Virus record (IMG/VR): IMGVR_UViG_3300033463_006479
Span: 96,001-160,000 of that record
Source of the DNA: a virus
Taxonomy: Duplodnaviria; Caudoviricetes
Reading direction: 5' to 3' (one strand)
Length of the DNA: 64,000 bases
Shown piece by piece: positions 40,176-49,210 of the stretch. The position numbers and the translations under genes are program-made. The notes under the pieces were generated by a model. It ran no database searches. It had not been told where the DNA came from and worked only from the letters and a program-made list of their open reading frames with translations. The first letter of the stretch is position 1, and each line of letters begins with the position of its first letter.

Positions 40176-40352
40176 TTAGTTTTGGCTGATAACAGACTCA
40201 CCTGCAATTTGCTCAACTTCCCTTTGCGTATAGGTTTTGCCGTTACACTCATAAAGTTTCTGACCATTGTTATATCCGTTGAAATGGTAGGTTATTTCAT
40301 TTATAATTATGTCGTTTCCGTCTTTTACTACATTTGTGTCACTCATATACAT
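40176..40352 (-). CDS. small late hypothetical protein (58 aa)
   Basis: Own translation MYMSDTNVVKDGNDIIINEITYHFNGYNNGQKLYECNGKTYTQREVEQIAGESVISQN; TATAAATA at 40380. Confidence 0.55.
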   Translation of the reverse strand: MYMSDTNVVKDGNDIIINEITYHFNGYNNGQKLYECNGKTYTQREVEQIAGESVISQN

Positions 40353-40423
40353 CCTATGTTTTTCGTCTTTTTCTGTTTTTATTTATACGAACAGCTTTTT
40401 TATTTTTTTACAGATGAAATATG

Positions 40424-41272
40424 TTAAAGTGAAAGTATTGTTTTTCTGACAGCATCACGGACTTTTCGTTTTTCGTTTGTATTCAATTCATTGAATTTGA
40501 ACACAACTTGTTCTTCACTATATCCATTGGTGTCTGGCTCTGAATATCCGATAAGATACATATTGCCATAGTAATCACTTTCTTCGTGAGGATATATTTG
40601 GAACAATATGGAATCGTTCATTCCATCAAATTTACGAATATGCAAATCAGATTGCGATAGCCATAAGTTATACATACCAGCCCCAGCGTCTTCAAGTTTT
40701 GACAGATTTTTTCTTGCAATATCGCACAAATCTTCAACATACAATTTGTTTTGGAATGAGGTATCATTTGACAAATCAGACAATCTGTCTTTTGTTACTG
40801 GCTTTATGTTCAGTTTTTCATCAACTTTTGATATTGTGTTGATAACTGCAATGGCTGTTGGAAAATCGTCAATTATTTTGTCAAACTGGAACGGCAGTGA
40901 GTCTATCAGATTTTCTTCCAAGCCGATTATGTCACACGTGTTTATATATGGGCTTTTCACGCATTTGACAAAGATATGCTTTGTTCTGTTTTTTTCCAAT
41001 GAGTGAACATTGACAGAATAGCCGCTCTCCATCGCTTCTTTTATAGTGTCGGTAAGATGTTCATACGAAAACACCTCAACAAAATCGTTCTCACCAAATG
41101 CGCCGATTGAACGCATAAACTGCGTTAATTGTGCGTATGACATATTTTCAAGTTTGGCACGAAGGACATTAATGTCTTTGGCTTCATTTGATATGCCTTG
41201 CATTCTGGTTTTCGTCATTGGCTTGACGTTCAGTTTTTCGGAAATATATTTGTTTGTGTTGAGTATTTTCAT
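40424..41272 (-). CDS. putative internal virion polyprotein with two tags
   Basis: MKILNTNKYISE-KLNVKPMTKTRM and internal VDE-KLNIKPVTKDRL. Confidence 0.75.
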   Translation of the reverse strand: MKILNTNKYISEKLNVKPMTKTRMQGISNEAKDINVLRAKLENMSYAQLTQFMRSIGAFGENDFVEVFSYEHLTDTIKEAMESGYSVNVHSLEKNRTKHIFVKCVKSPYINTCDIIGLEENLIDSLPFQFDKIIDDFPTAIAVINTISKVDEKLNIKPVTKDRLSDLSNDTSFQNKLYVEDLCDIARKNLSKLEDAGAGMYNLWLSQSDLHIRKFDGMNDSILFQIYPHEESDYYGNMYLIGYSEPDTNGYSEEQVVFKFNELNTNEKRKVRDAVRKTILSL

Positions 41273-41280
41273 ATTGTTGT

Positions 41281-42507
41281 TTAAATTCTTTTAGGTTGTT
41301 TTGATTTTTTTCTTGCGATTGGAGTTTTGCTGAATGCGTTTGCTGTATTGCAAATAACAGAAATATCCCAGCCAGACAAATCACAATCAAATTGTGAACA
41401 TCCGAAAAACATATCCTCTATTGTTTCAACACTGCTGACATCCCACAATGATATGTCACCATTGAAATCCGAATAGGCGAACATAGCATTCATATCCTTT
41501 ACATTTCCGACATTCCAATTTGATATGTCGCCATTGAAAGATGAGCCATAGAACATTTTTGTCATTTTTTCAACATTTCCAACATCCCATTTTGATATGT
41601 CATTATTAAATCTTGAAAGGTTGAACATCTGCTCCATATTTTCAACTCTGGAGACATTCCATTTGGAAATATCGCCATTGAACGTTGTCCTGCTGAACAT
41701 ATACGACATATACTTGACTTTTGACACATTCCACGCCGTAAGATTCTGGTTGAAATCAAGATTGTTATGAAACATTGATGTCATATTCTCAACATTGCCG
41801 ACATTCCATTTGGAAATGTCTCCATTGAAATATCCGCTTTTTGAATTGCCGTTCTCGCAACAGAACATACTTGACATATTTTCCACCTTGCCGACATTCC
41901 ATTTTGATATGTCCCCGTGAAATTTAGTGAATGCGAACATAAAACTCATATTCTCCACATTGCTTACATTCCATTTTGATATGTCCCCGTCAAATTCACA
42001 TTCACAGAACATAGCACTCATATCCACAGCACTGGAAACATTCCATTTTGAAATATCGCCATTGAATATTGAATCGGCAAACGCCCTATTGAAATTGGTT
42101 ACATTTGATACATCCCATTCTGATATGTTTCCGTTGAATTTTGAACTGTCAAAAATATACTGCATATTCGTAACATTGGAAACATTCCATTTGGATATGT
42201 CGCCATTGAATTTCGTATTGTAGAAAAGCCAGCCCATATCCGTAACATTGGAAACATTCCATTTGGATATGTCAATGTTTTCAATATCCATTCCCCAAAA
42301 CAATGCGTTCATATCAGTTATTTTTGAAACATCAATGTCATTCAAATCATAATTTGAACAGTCTATGTGTTCCTTTATGGCCGCAATAAGTTCATCTTTT
42401 GTTTTTGGATGATATTTGTATGGACGCAGTTCAGTAAGCCTTGCTTTTGAAACTGGCCTTATGTTTAATTTTTCTGAAATGTATTCCTCGGAATCAAGTA
42501 TGTGCAT
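41281..42507 (-). CDS. DUF285/BspA-like repeat protein with bipartite tag
   Basis: About 13 FNGDISKWNVSNVxxM repeats; MHILDSEEYISE-KLNIRPVSKARL. Confidence 0.9.
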   Translation of the reverse strand: MHILDSEEYISEKLNIRPVSKARLTELRPYKYHPKTKDELIAAIKEHIDCSNYDLNDIDVSKITDMNALFWGMDIENIDISKWNVSNVTDMGWLFYNTKFNGDISKWNVSNVTNMQYIFDSSKFNGNISEWDVSNVTNFNRAFADSIFNGDISKWNVSSAVDMSAMFCECEFDGDISKWNVSNVENMSFMFAFTKFHGDISKWNVGKVENMSSMFCCENGNSKSGYFNGDISKWNVGNVENMTSMFHNNLDFNQNLTAWNVSKVKYMSYMFSRTTFNGDISKWNVSRVENMEQMFNLSRFNNDISKWDVGNVEKMTKMFYGSSFNGDISNWNVGNVKDMNAMFAYSDFNGDISLWDVSSVETIEDMFFGCSQFDCDLSGWDISVICNTANAFSKTPIARKKSKQPKRI

Positions 42508-42515
42508 AAGTCAGA

Positions 42516-43061
42516 TTATTGTTCCGTGATGGCATTCTTGCTTTCCATATCGGCAAGAAAATCGTTGAGGTTTTTAAGATGTTCTTCCTCGTCAGCAAGA
42601 ATATGAACAACCATATCATAAGTGGTTGTATCCTTGTCACGCAAGAAATCAAGCGTTTTCTGATAGCCGTCAATGGCACATTGCTCGTGAGTTATGTTCA
42701 TATGCACGAGTGCTTTCGTGTCATACGGCTTTTGTGGCATAGTGTAATGGCATTCGCTTAAAGTAACGAGATACGTTATGTCTTTCAAGCGTTCAATGTC
42801 GCCGCCAAGTTCAGAAATGCGTTTCAATATCTTTTCGGCGTGGTCGTTCAGCTCGTCATCGGCCATTTCCTTGAATGTCTTTTCAATGTTCGGTCTTTCA
42901 CTTCCAACGAGAAAATCAGCAACGGTATTGTAATGATACCACTGCAAAACTTCTTCTGCATAGCGTTTTTCAAGGATTGCTATAACTTCCTGCACATCTA
43001 TTCTGTCACTAACAGATTCATTTACTCTTTTGAAATTGAAATAATTGCTTAATTGCTTCAT
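42516..43061 (-). CDS. ferritin/Dps-like (bacterioferritin-like) protein
   Basis: E..Y, DELNHAE..RI.ELGG, HE..AI..Y, DEEEH diiron motifs; TATAAATA at 43087. Confidence 0.85.
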   Translation of the reverse strand: MKQLSNYFNFKRVNESVSDRIDVQEVIAILEKRYAEEVLQWYHYNTVADFLVGSERPNIEKTFKEMADDELNDHAEKILKRISELGGDIERLKDITYLVTLSECHYTMPQKPYDTKALVHMNITHEQCAIDGYQKTLDFLRDKDTTTYDMVVHILADEEEHLKNLNDFLADMESKNAITEQ

Positions 43062-43133
43062 TGGTTTCTATATATTATTCCGAATATATTTATAAACAAA
43101 AAAGCCAGCAAACCGCTGGCCTTAATCATATTG

Positions 43134-45437
43134 TCAATCTCCATAATCGTCTTTTTTGGCATTCTCGTCAAGCTCTATGTAACATCGTTTCAGCTGGTCA
43201 AGTGCTGGATTGACACACCATTTCAAATGTTTCTTGAACTGCTTTCTTATGTTGTGGTTGTAAATAAGGAACAGTATCTTCTTTTTCCAAGTGAGCAGTT
43301 TTCCTAATGTTCTGCCACTGAACTCTCCATCAGTAAGAAACAACCACACGGAGTTTCTGTCGCTCTCTATGGTTTTTATAATATAATTGACACACTTGCC
43401 TATATTTGTTCCACTACCAGCAGCATTATCTTGGCACATATTTATTATCTGTGTAACAACGCTATCGTGATGTTCTTTCACATAGTCGGCTTCAAAATGA
43501 AGCATTGCATCAAAGTCAATGTTTGTTGCAAAAGGTATCAATGTTATTCCAGAATAAGCGAGTTTGTCGCAACAATTAACTATTGTATTTGCAAACAGTT
43601 CAATAATGCTATAATTTACACTTATTGACGTATCTACAAATATGTTTATGTATTGCGGTGCTGCATCGTTTTTCGGATGGTAGGGGCGTATCATATCGTG
43701 TGCGATTGTTCTTCTGTCACCCCAACGAACCCTATGTTTGTCTGGAATTTTATGGCGTTTGCCTGCATAAAGCGTGTTGTCTTCCAGAAACGTCTTGATT
43801 ATCTCTTGCCACAACTCGTCCATAACAGCATCCTTCATTTTTATGCTTGTGCATATTTTTTCAAGTGTACTATTTGGCTTGTTCTTGATTATTTCATCAC
43901 GGAGTTTGCTTACGGATTCGGTATCAATGGAATCCTTGCTCTGTATGCTGCTCATTATCTTGCTTGCCGTTGCATCGTCAAACCCGCTTCGTCTTAAACT
44001 ATCTCCAAGTTTTCCGTTAACTTCACTTTGTTTGATTATCTCGCCGACAAATCTGTTTTTTCCACCAGAACCGTTTTCACTATATCTTATTTCTGGTATA
44101 TTGTCATTTTTGTTCTGCTTCCTTTTTCTGTTCTTTTCCTTTCTTATGTTGTCATCATATTCGGAATATCCGTGCTGCTTTTCAATACTTCTTTGCTGGT
44201 TGCCGTCATTGCCACCTGCATTGTTTTGGTCTGATTGGTTTTTATCACCATTTTTCCCGTTTTGCGAGTTACTGGAGCTGCTGTTTTTTCCGTTCATTTG
44301 ATTGTCAGCAGCATCAACAGCATTGTCTGCCGCATCTTGTGCCTTGTTGTTTTCTTCTTGCGCTTTCTTTGCATTTTCTCTTGCACCTTTTGTATCTCCT
44401 TTTGCTGCGGATTCATTTGCTTTGTCTGCCGCCTCTTGTGCATCGTTTGCTGCATCTTGTGCATCGTTTGCGTGTTCTTGCGCCTTATCTGCCGCTTGTT
44501 GTGCTTTGTCGGCTTCATCCTTTGCTGATTTGTATTTATCTGAACCAGTTCCGTATTTTTGTCTTGCTTTTTCTGCGGCATCAGACAATTCATCAGCGTT
44601 TTCTTGTGCGTCATTTGCGGCTTCCTGCGCATCGTTGGCTGCGTCTTGTGCGGCATCAGCGGCATTTTGTGCTTCTTCTGCCGCTTCGTCAGCAGACATA
44701 TTTGAAGTATCGTTCTTTGATTTTCCGTGAGATGATTTTCTGTTGTTTTCTTTGGACTCTTTCGCTGCATCATCGGAAAACCAAGAGTTCATTTTTGAAT
44801 CGGCATTTGCATTTTCAGCATCCTCGGAATGTTTTTTTGCGTTTTCCGCTTCACGTCTTGCCGTTTCCATATCACCTTTTTCTGCGGCTGACTTTGAGTT
44901 GTCTGCTGCTGTTTGTGCTTTGTCAGCAGATTTCTTTGCGTCTTCTGCTGCTTTTCTCGCATCGTTTGCTGCATCTTGTGCTTCATTTGCCAAATCCTTT
45001 GCTTCAGAATACTCGTTTGAGTTTTCACCAAATTTGGATTTTGCTTTATCAGCCTCCGACTTTGCATTGTCTGCTGATTTTTGTGCTTTATTGGCGGACT
45101 GTTCTGCACTTTCAGCAGAACGCTTTGCTTTATCGGCGAATTTCTGTGCACGTTCAGACACTTGCGATGGTGTCATATCAGACATATCTTCATCATCCGA
45201 AAATTCCATATCATTATCATCAGACGAAGAATCACCACCGCCATTGTTCTTTTGCGGAACAATGCGTTTTTCCTTATACGTTTCTGGTTTTTCTTCATCA
45301 TTGTCTTGGCCACCAAAAGGCGGAGCATCCATAAGGGACTGCTGAATTTCACCTATACTGTCGCCAATACCTTGTATGAGGCCGTCCTCATATCTTTGAT
45401 ATTCATTTGGTATCAATATGTTATCCGTGTTTGCCAT
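43134..45437 (-). CDS. vWA-domain protein with Ala/Asp/Gln-rich coiled-coil
   Basis: MIDAS IFVDTSIS, GSGT, FLTDG; AQDAANDAQEAA heptads. Confidence 0.8.
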   Translation of the reverse strand: MANTDNILIPNEYQRYEDGLIQGIGDSIGEIQQSLMDAPPFGGQDNDEEKPETYKEKRIVPQKNNGGGDSSSDDNDMEFSDDEDMSDMTPSQVSERAQKFADKAKRSAESAEQSANKAQKSADNAKSEADKAKSKFGENSNEYSEAKDLANEAQDAANDARKAAEDAKKSADKAQTAADNSKSAAEKGDMETARREAENAKKHSEDAENANADSKMNSWFSDDAAKESKENNRKSSHGKSKNDTSNMSADEAAEEAQNAADAAQDAANDAQEAANDAQENADELSDAAEKARQKYGTGSDKYKSAKDEADKAQQAADKAQEHANDAQDAANDAQEAADKANESAAKGDTKGARENAKKAQEENNKAQDAADNAVDAADNQMNGKNSSSSNSQNGKNGDKNQSDQNNAGGNDGNQQRSIEKQHGYSEYDDNIRKEKNRKRKQNKNDNIPEIRYSENGSGGKNRFVGEIIKQSEVNGKLGDSLRRSGFDDATASKIMSSIQSKDSIDTESVSKLRDEIIKNKPNSTLEKICTSIKMKDAVMDELWQEIIKTFLEDNTLYAGKRHKIPDKHRVRWGDRRTIAHDMIRPYHPKNDAAPQYINIFVDTSISVNYSIIELFANTIVNCCDKLAYSGITLIPFATNIDFDAMLHFEADYVKEHHDSVVTQIINMCQDNAAGSGTNIGKCVNYIIKTIESDRNSVWLFLTDGEFSGRTLGKLLTWKKKILFLIYNHNIRKQFKKHLKWCVNPALDQLKRCYIELDENAKKDDYGD

Positions 45438-45439
45438 TG

Positions 45440-46294
45440 TTAGTTATTTGAAAATCTCCTTTTTAATTCATCAGCAACTTTTGTCATATCACCGCCATAT
45501 TTTTCCATCATTTTTTCAATGTCGTTGATTGTTGCGATAGCGTTTCTGTTATTGGCGACATACAATTTTCTGATAAGTTCCCTGCCGTCACGATGCCCGT
45601 TTTTCCATTCAGAACTTGTCGGTATCTTTTCCTTTTTCTTATTTTGCCGTTTTGCTTGCGGTTGCGGATTCTTTTTGCACTGTTCTACCACATTCTTGTA
45701 CCTTTTCATAATTGTTTCCATAGGCAATCCTGCAACATCCTTGCTGTAACAACCACCGATTTGTTTCCAAAAATCTGGCGGGCATATATTATCGCCTACC
45801 ATTATACCATTAACCTCCAAATCGCCAGCAATGTTCAAATCTTTCCAATTTGCTTTTATTTCTTGGTTTTCATTATAAGATAACATTCTTGGTATATGGG
45901 CAAGCATAGAGTGCATAGCCTCGTGGTACAATATTCTAAAAACGGCAAGTGCGTTCATTCCAAGGCCGTGCGGAGGATTGTCATATAAGAAACCGACATT
46001 TATATAATACACCATTTTTGAATCCACACACATAGTATCTGTTATCGTGTCATCAAGCAAATAAATTATTGAACAATTTTTAATATATTTGTATTCATAG
46101 GGCTGCGTATTCTTGAAATATGCGATTGCACTATTTACAAGGTCAACAAACTCTATGCCATCAACAAGATTGCCATCAGACATACGGATTTTGCCAAGTG
46201 CGGCAAGCTCATCGGCATTGCCGCCATTTGTATTTCCATAACTCTCAAGAATGATGGAATAATGTGATGTATTATATACGTATTCCTTATCCAT
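45440..46294 (-). CDS. HEXXH metallopeptidase-like (DUF2201-type)
   Basis: TMCVD..YIN..F, YHEAMH..LAH..R, NIAGDLEVN. Confidence 0.8.
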   Translation of the reverse strand: MDKEYVYNTSHYSIILESYGNTNGGNADELAALGKIRMSDGNLVDGIEFVDLVNSAIAYFKNTQPYEYKYIKNCSIIYLLDDTITDTMCVDSKMVYYINVGFLYDNPPHGLGMNALAVFRILYHEAMHSMLAHIPRMLSYNENQEIKANWKDLNIAGDLEVNGIMVGDNICPPDFWKQIGGCYSKDVAGLPMETIMKRYKNVVEQCKKNPQPQAKRQNKKKEKIPTSSEWKNGHRDGRELIRKLYVANNRNAIATINDIEKMMEKYGGDMTKVADELKRRFSNN

Positions 46295-46297
46295 AAA

Positions 46298-49189
46298 TTA
46301 GTCTATCATAGAATTTCCTATACTGTCAAACAAAGTGTCCAAATCAACATTCGGATGGCTTTGTTCATAATCACCGATTATGCGTGCATATTCATTGAAG
46401 TTCGGGTCAGTATTGTCAAGAAGGTTGCAGTATTTACAAATTCTTGCAATAAGGTCTGGAACTGGTGATGAAGATTGTGTATCAAAATTGTCGTTCAAGA
46501 AATGGATTATGGTTTCCAAATCTTTTGGCGGTATTTTATCAGAAGCATCAAACATTGATTGTATTTCACGTTTCAAGTGGTTTGTAACCGCAACCGCATT
46601 CACATTGGTATCAACTTTAAGATTTGGATTGTTTACAATACGGTCGTATGTGTATCTGAATGAATCAGAGCCGCCATTTTCAATGTATTCCTCAACATAT
46701 TCTTGAGCAATGTCATCTGGAAGGAAACCAGCCACATAAGTCAAGAATGTATCATAACCGAGGTCGGCATAGGATTTAACGCCTTCAATCTTGCACACCT
46801 TATTCAATTCCGAGATAGCCCTCGACCATTGTCTTGGTGAAATGCTTCTTGTTTCCATATCGTCTTCCGTTGCATCGGGGTCAATGTTATGCCATCTTGA
46901 ATTTGGCGTGTCTTCACCTCTCGCACCAATGAACTCAATCGTAAAATCATCAAATCCGCCTTTGTCTTTAGCCCATTTAGACCAATCCTTGAATGTAGGA
47001 ACAAAGTTATATGATTTCAACCTCTGTTTAAGTGCTGGCGGAGCATCACTCCAACTTCTTTTGACACGAACATCGTCTGTCGGACGGTTTGAACAAGCCA
47101 TACAATACCACTTGCTTCCAAGTCTGTATCCGCCAGTTGTTTGGCGTGTCATCATAATTTGTGCGATACCGAACAATGTGTCTGGGTCGGCACGCAAAAA
47201 CTCGTCAAACATAAGGATACCTCCGCCGCCGTGCGTTTCGGTATCTTCCATATATCCTTCTTTGTCATATATAACGCTGACGTGTCCGTTAGCAACAGCG
47301 TTTCTTGCTTTGTCAAGTTCTTTATCTCCAGTAGGCAGCCACATAGGAAGCCAACTTTTAGGAACGTCTGATGAATGCGCTGTGATAAATTTCTCACAGT
47401 CTTTGTCTGTCATATTATGTGCCGCCATATATTCCTTGACAAACGGGATATTCTTTACTCGTTCAATATCGTCTTGTGTTATCTTGACTGGCATAGGCAT
47501 AAACAAGTCGCCAGCCTGCAATATTGAACAATCAACAACTATAATTGAGAATTTGTCGTTATTGCTTCCGCCACTTTCCGCAACGACATCGTTGGCCGCA
47601 TCAACAATATCTTTCGGTATGGTAGTCTTACCAATACCAGGCGCACCCCATATCACCATAGGTTCAAATATGATTGGCTTGTCACCTTTCATACCTTTCA
47701 ATATGGTGTTCAGCATACTTTTGAGCGTTTCGCTTTTTATGTCTTTAGCACCGATGTTCTTATATGTCTGTCCTCCGATTTTCTCAACACTTTTCAGACC
47801 GACACGGCGTTCATTGACTTCAAGGGATTCGCTTATTGCGCTGCTTGACAATTTGGAAGTGTATTCCATAAACTTGAAGTAATTGTCAAACTCTTGGCTG
47901 TTCTCTGGTATTTCGTCATAATACCCAGACTTCTGCGGATAATTGACTGGTTTCCCACATTCAGCATAAACACCAGCAACACGATATTTCTTCAAGAAAT
48001 CAACAATGTTCTGCGGGAGATTAGCACCGAACATATCAAGTGTTTTCCCCACAACAAACGTGAATCCGTCTTTGAGTTTTACACCGACCGTTTCAAAAGC
48101 GTCCTTTATTTTGCTGAAAGACCTTTGGGCAAAATCTCTGATAACGCCTTCATTCATACCATATTGTTCGTTGATGAACTCCATAGTATCCAACACATAT
48201 TTCTTTTCATTAGTTGTATCCATAATGGCCTGCATTCTGTATTTTTTAATATCACTTGTTTTTCGCTTAATGTCATCTGCACTGCCAATCCAAGCACCCA
48301 TACGTTTTTTGACGGATTCCGTATCATCGGCGGAAGTCCTTCCGATAACTGGGAGATAACCGAGTTCTTGGTTTATAGTCAAAGCCCATCTTCTCAAAAC
48401 ATCCTTCTTGTCAAAGTCAGAACCGATAAACATATTCTTTATATTCTGTGCCTTTTTAAGTTCCCAGTCCTTTATGGAATCGTTGTTGAATGTGGATTTG
48501 TAGAACATACCTTCAAAGCAAGTTCCGTTTGAAACATTCCAGTTGCTCAAATCAACATTCGGCAAATCCTTGAATGCGAACACAGCCGTAAAATCACGGA
48601 CATCTGTCACATTGAAGAACGAATATGGAAGTTCAACATCCTGCGTTGTAACAGCATCACCCCAAGGGCTGTCTTTCGGGTTTGTGATAAGATGATAAAC
48701 CAAATCCGATGCGAAGTTTATATCGTGCAAGTTCTGGTCAACATAAGCATCGCCCTTTACATTGGTAAGGGTTATCTCTTGATGGCTCATCCAGTCGTTG
48801 AGTTCGTCCTTCAGTTTTTTCTCCTTTGCCTTTATTTCCTCTTGCTTGTTTCTTTTTCTGACTTGTTCGGCTTCCAAATCGCTCATTGACCTTATTTTGC
48901 TATAATCGGTATCATCGTCTGGTATGCTATCTTCGTCAGTTTCTTCTTTTGATTTAACTCTGTCAAATAAGCCCTCATTGACAACACGGCCTTCAGTAAG
49001 AAAAGATGCGGTCTTTGTCTTTTCAAGAAGTTCATTGACGGATTCATTGATTGCCGCCTCGTTCTCCTTATAAAACTGTTCATAGAGTTTTCGTTTTTCG
49101 GAAATTGAAAGGCTCTTATCCACGTTTTTCCAGAAGTTCTCATAAGCGAACTTCGACATTATTCCTATATTGTAATTGAATGCTCCCAT
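46298..49189 (-). CDS. MoxR-like AAA+ ATPase with N-terminal DUF285 repeats
   Basis: WGAPGIGKT, ILMFDEFLRA, ACSNR, ALKQR, SPRQW; DLSNWNVSN repeats. Confidence 0.85.
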   Translation of the reverse strand: MGAFNYNIGIMSKFAYENFWKNVDKSLSISEKRKLYEQFYKENEAAINESVNELLEKTKTASFLTEGRVVNEGLFDRVKSKEETDEDSIPDDDTDYSKIRSMSDLEAEQVRKRNKQEEIKAKEKKLKDELNDWMSHQEITLTNVKGDAYVDQNLHDINFASDLVYHLITNPKDSPWGDAVTTQDVELPYSFFNVTDVRDFTAVFAFKDLPNVDLSNWNVSNGTCFEGMFYKSTFNNDSIKDWELKKAQNIKNMFIGSDFDKKDVLRRWALTINQELGYLPVIGRTSADDTESVKKRMGAWIGSADDIKRKTSDIKKYRMQAIMDTTNEKKYVLDTMEFINEQYGMNEGVIRDFAQRSFSKIKDAFETVGVKLKDGFTFVVGKTLDMFGANLPQNIVDFLKKYRVAGVYAECGKPVNYPQKSGYYDEIPENSQEFDNYFKFMEYTSKLSSSAISESLEVNERRVGLKSVEKIGGQTYKNIGAKDIKSETLKSMLNTILKGMKGDKPIIFEPMVIWGAPGIGKTTIPKDIVDAANDVVAESGGSNNDKFSIIVVDCSILQAGDLFMPMPVKITQDDIERVKNIPFVKEYMAAHNMTDKDCEKFITAHSSDVPKSWLPMWLPTGDKELDKARNAVANGHVSVIYDKEGYMEDTETHGGGGILMFDEFLRADPDTLFGIAQIMMTRQTTGGYRLGSKWYCMACSNRPTDDVRVKRSWSDAPPALKQRLKSYNFVPTFKDWSKWAKDKGGFDDFTIEFIGARGEDTPNSRWHNIDPDATEDDMETRSISPRQWSRAISELNKVCKIEGVKSYADLGYDTFLTYVAGFLPDDIAQEYVEEYIENGGSDSFRYTYDRIVNNPNLKVDTNVNAVAVTNHLKREIQSMFDASDKIPPKDLETIIHFLNDNFDTQSSSPVPDLIARICKYCNLLDNTDPNFNEYARIIGDYEQSHPNVDLDTLFDSIGNSMID

Positions 49190-49210
49190 TATAATGCTAT
49201 TATATTTGTA

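Noticed and set aside
41281-42507. DNA repeats in DUF285 genes as a DGR or array
   Set aside because: In-frame protein repeats; no reverse transcriptase or template/variable repeat pair
43774-47882. Long plus-strand ORFs (44339..45334, 44743..45345, 46791..47882)
   Set aside because: Antisense shadows of the vWA and MoxR genes with no motifs
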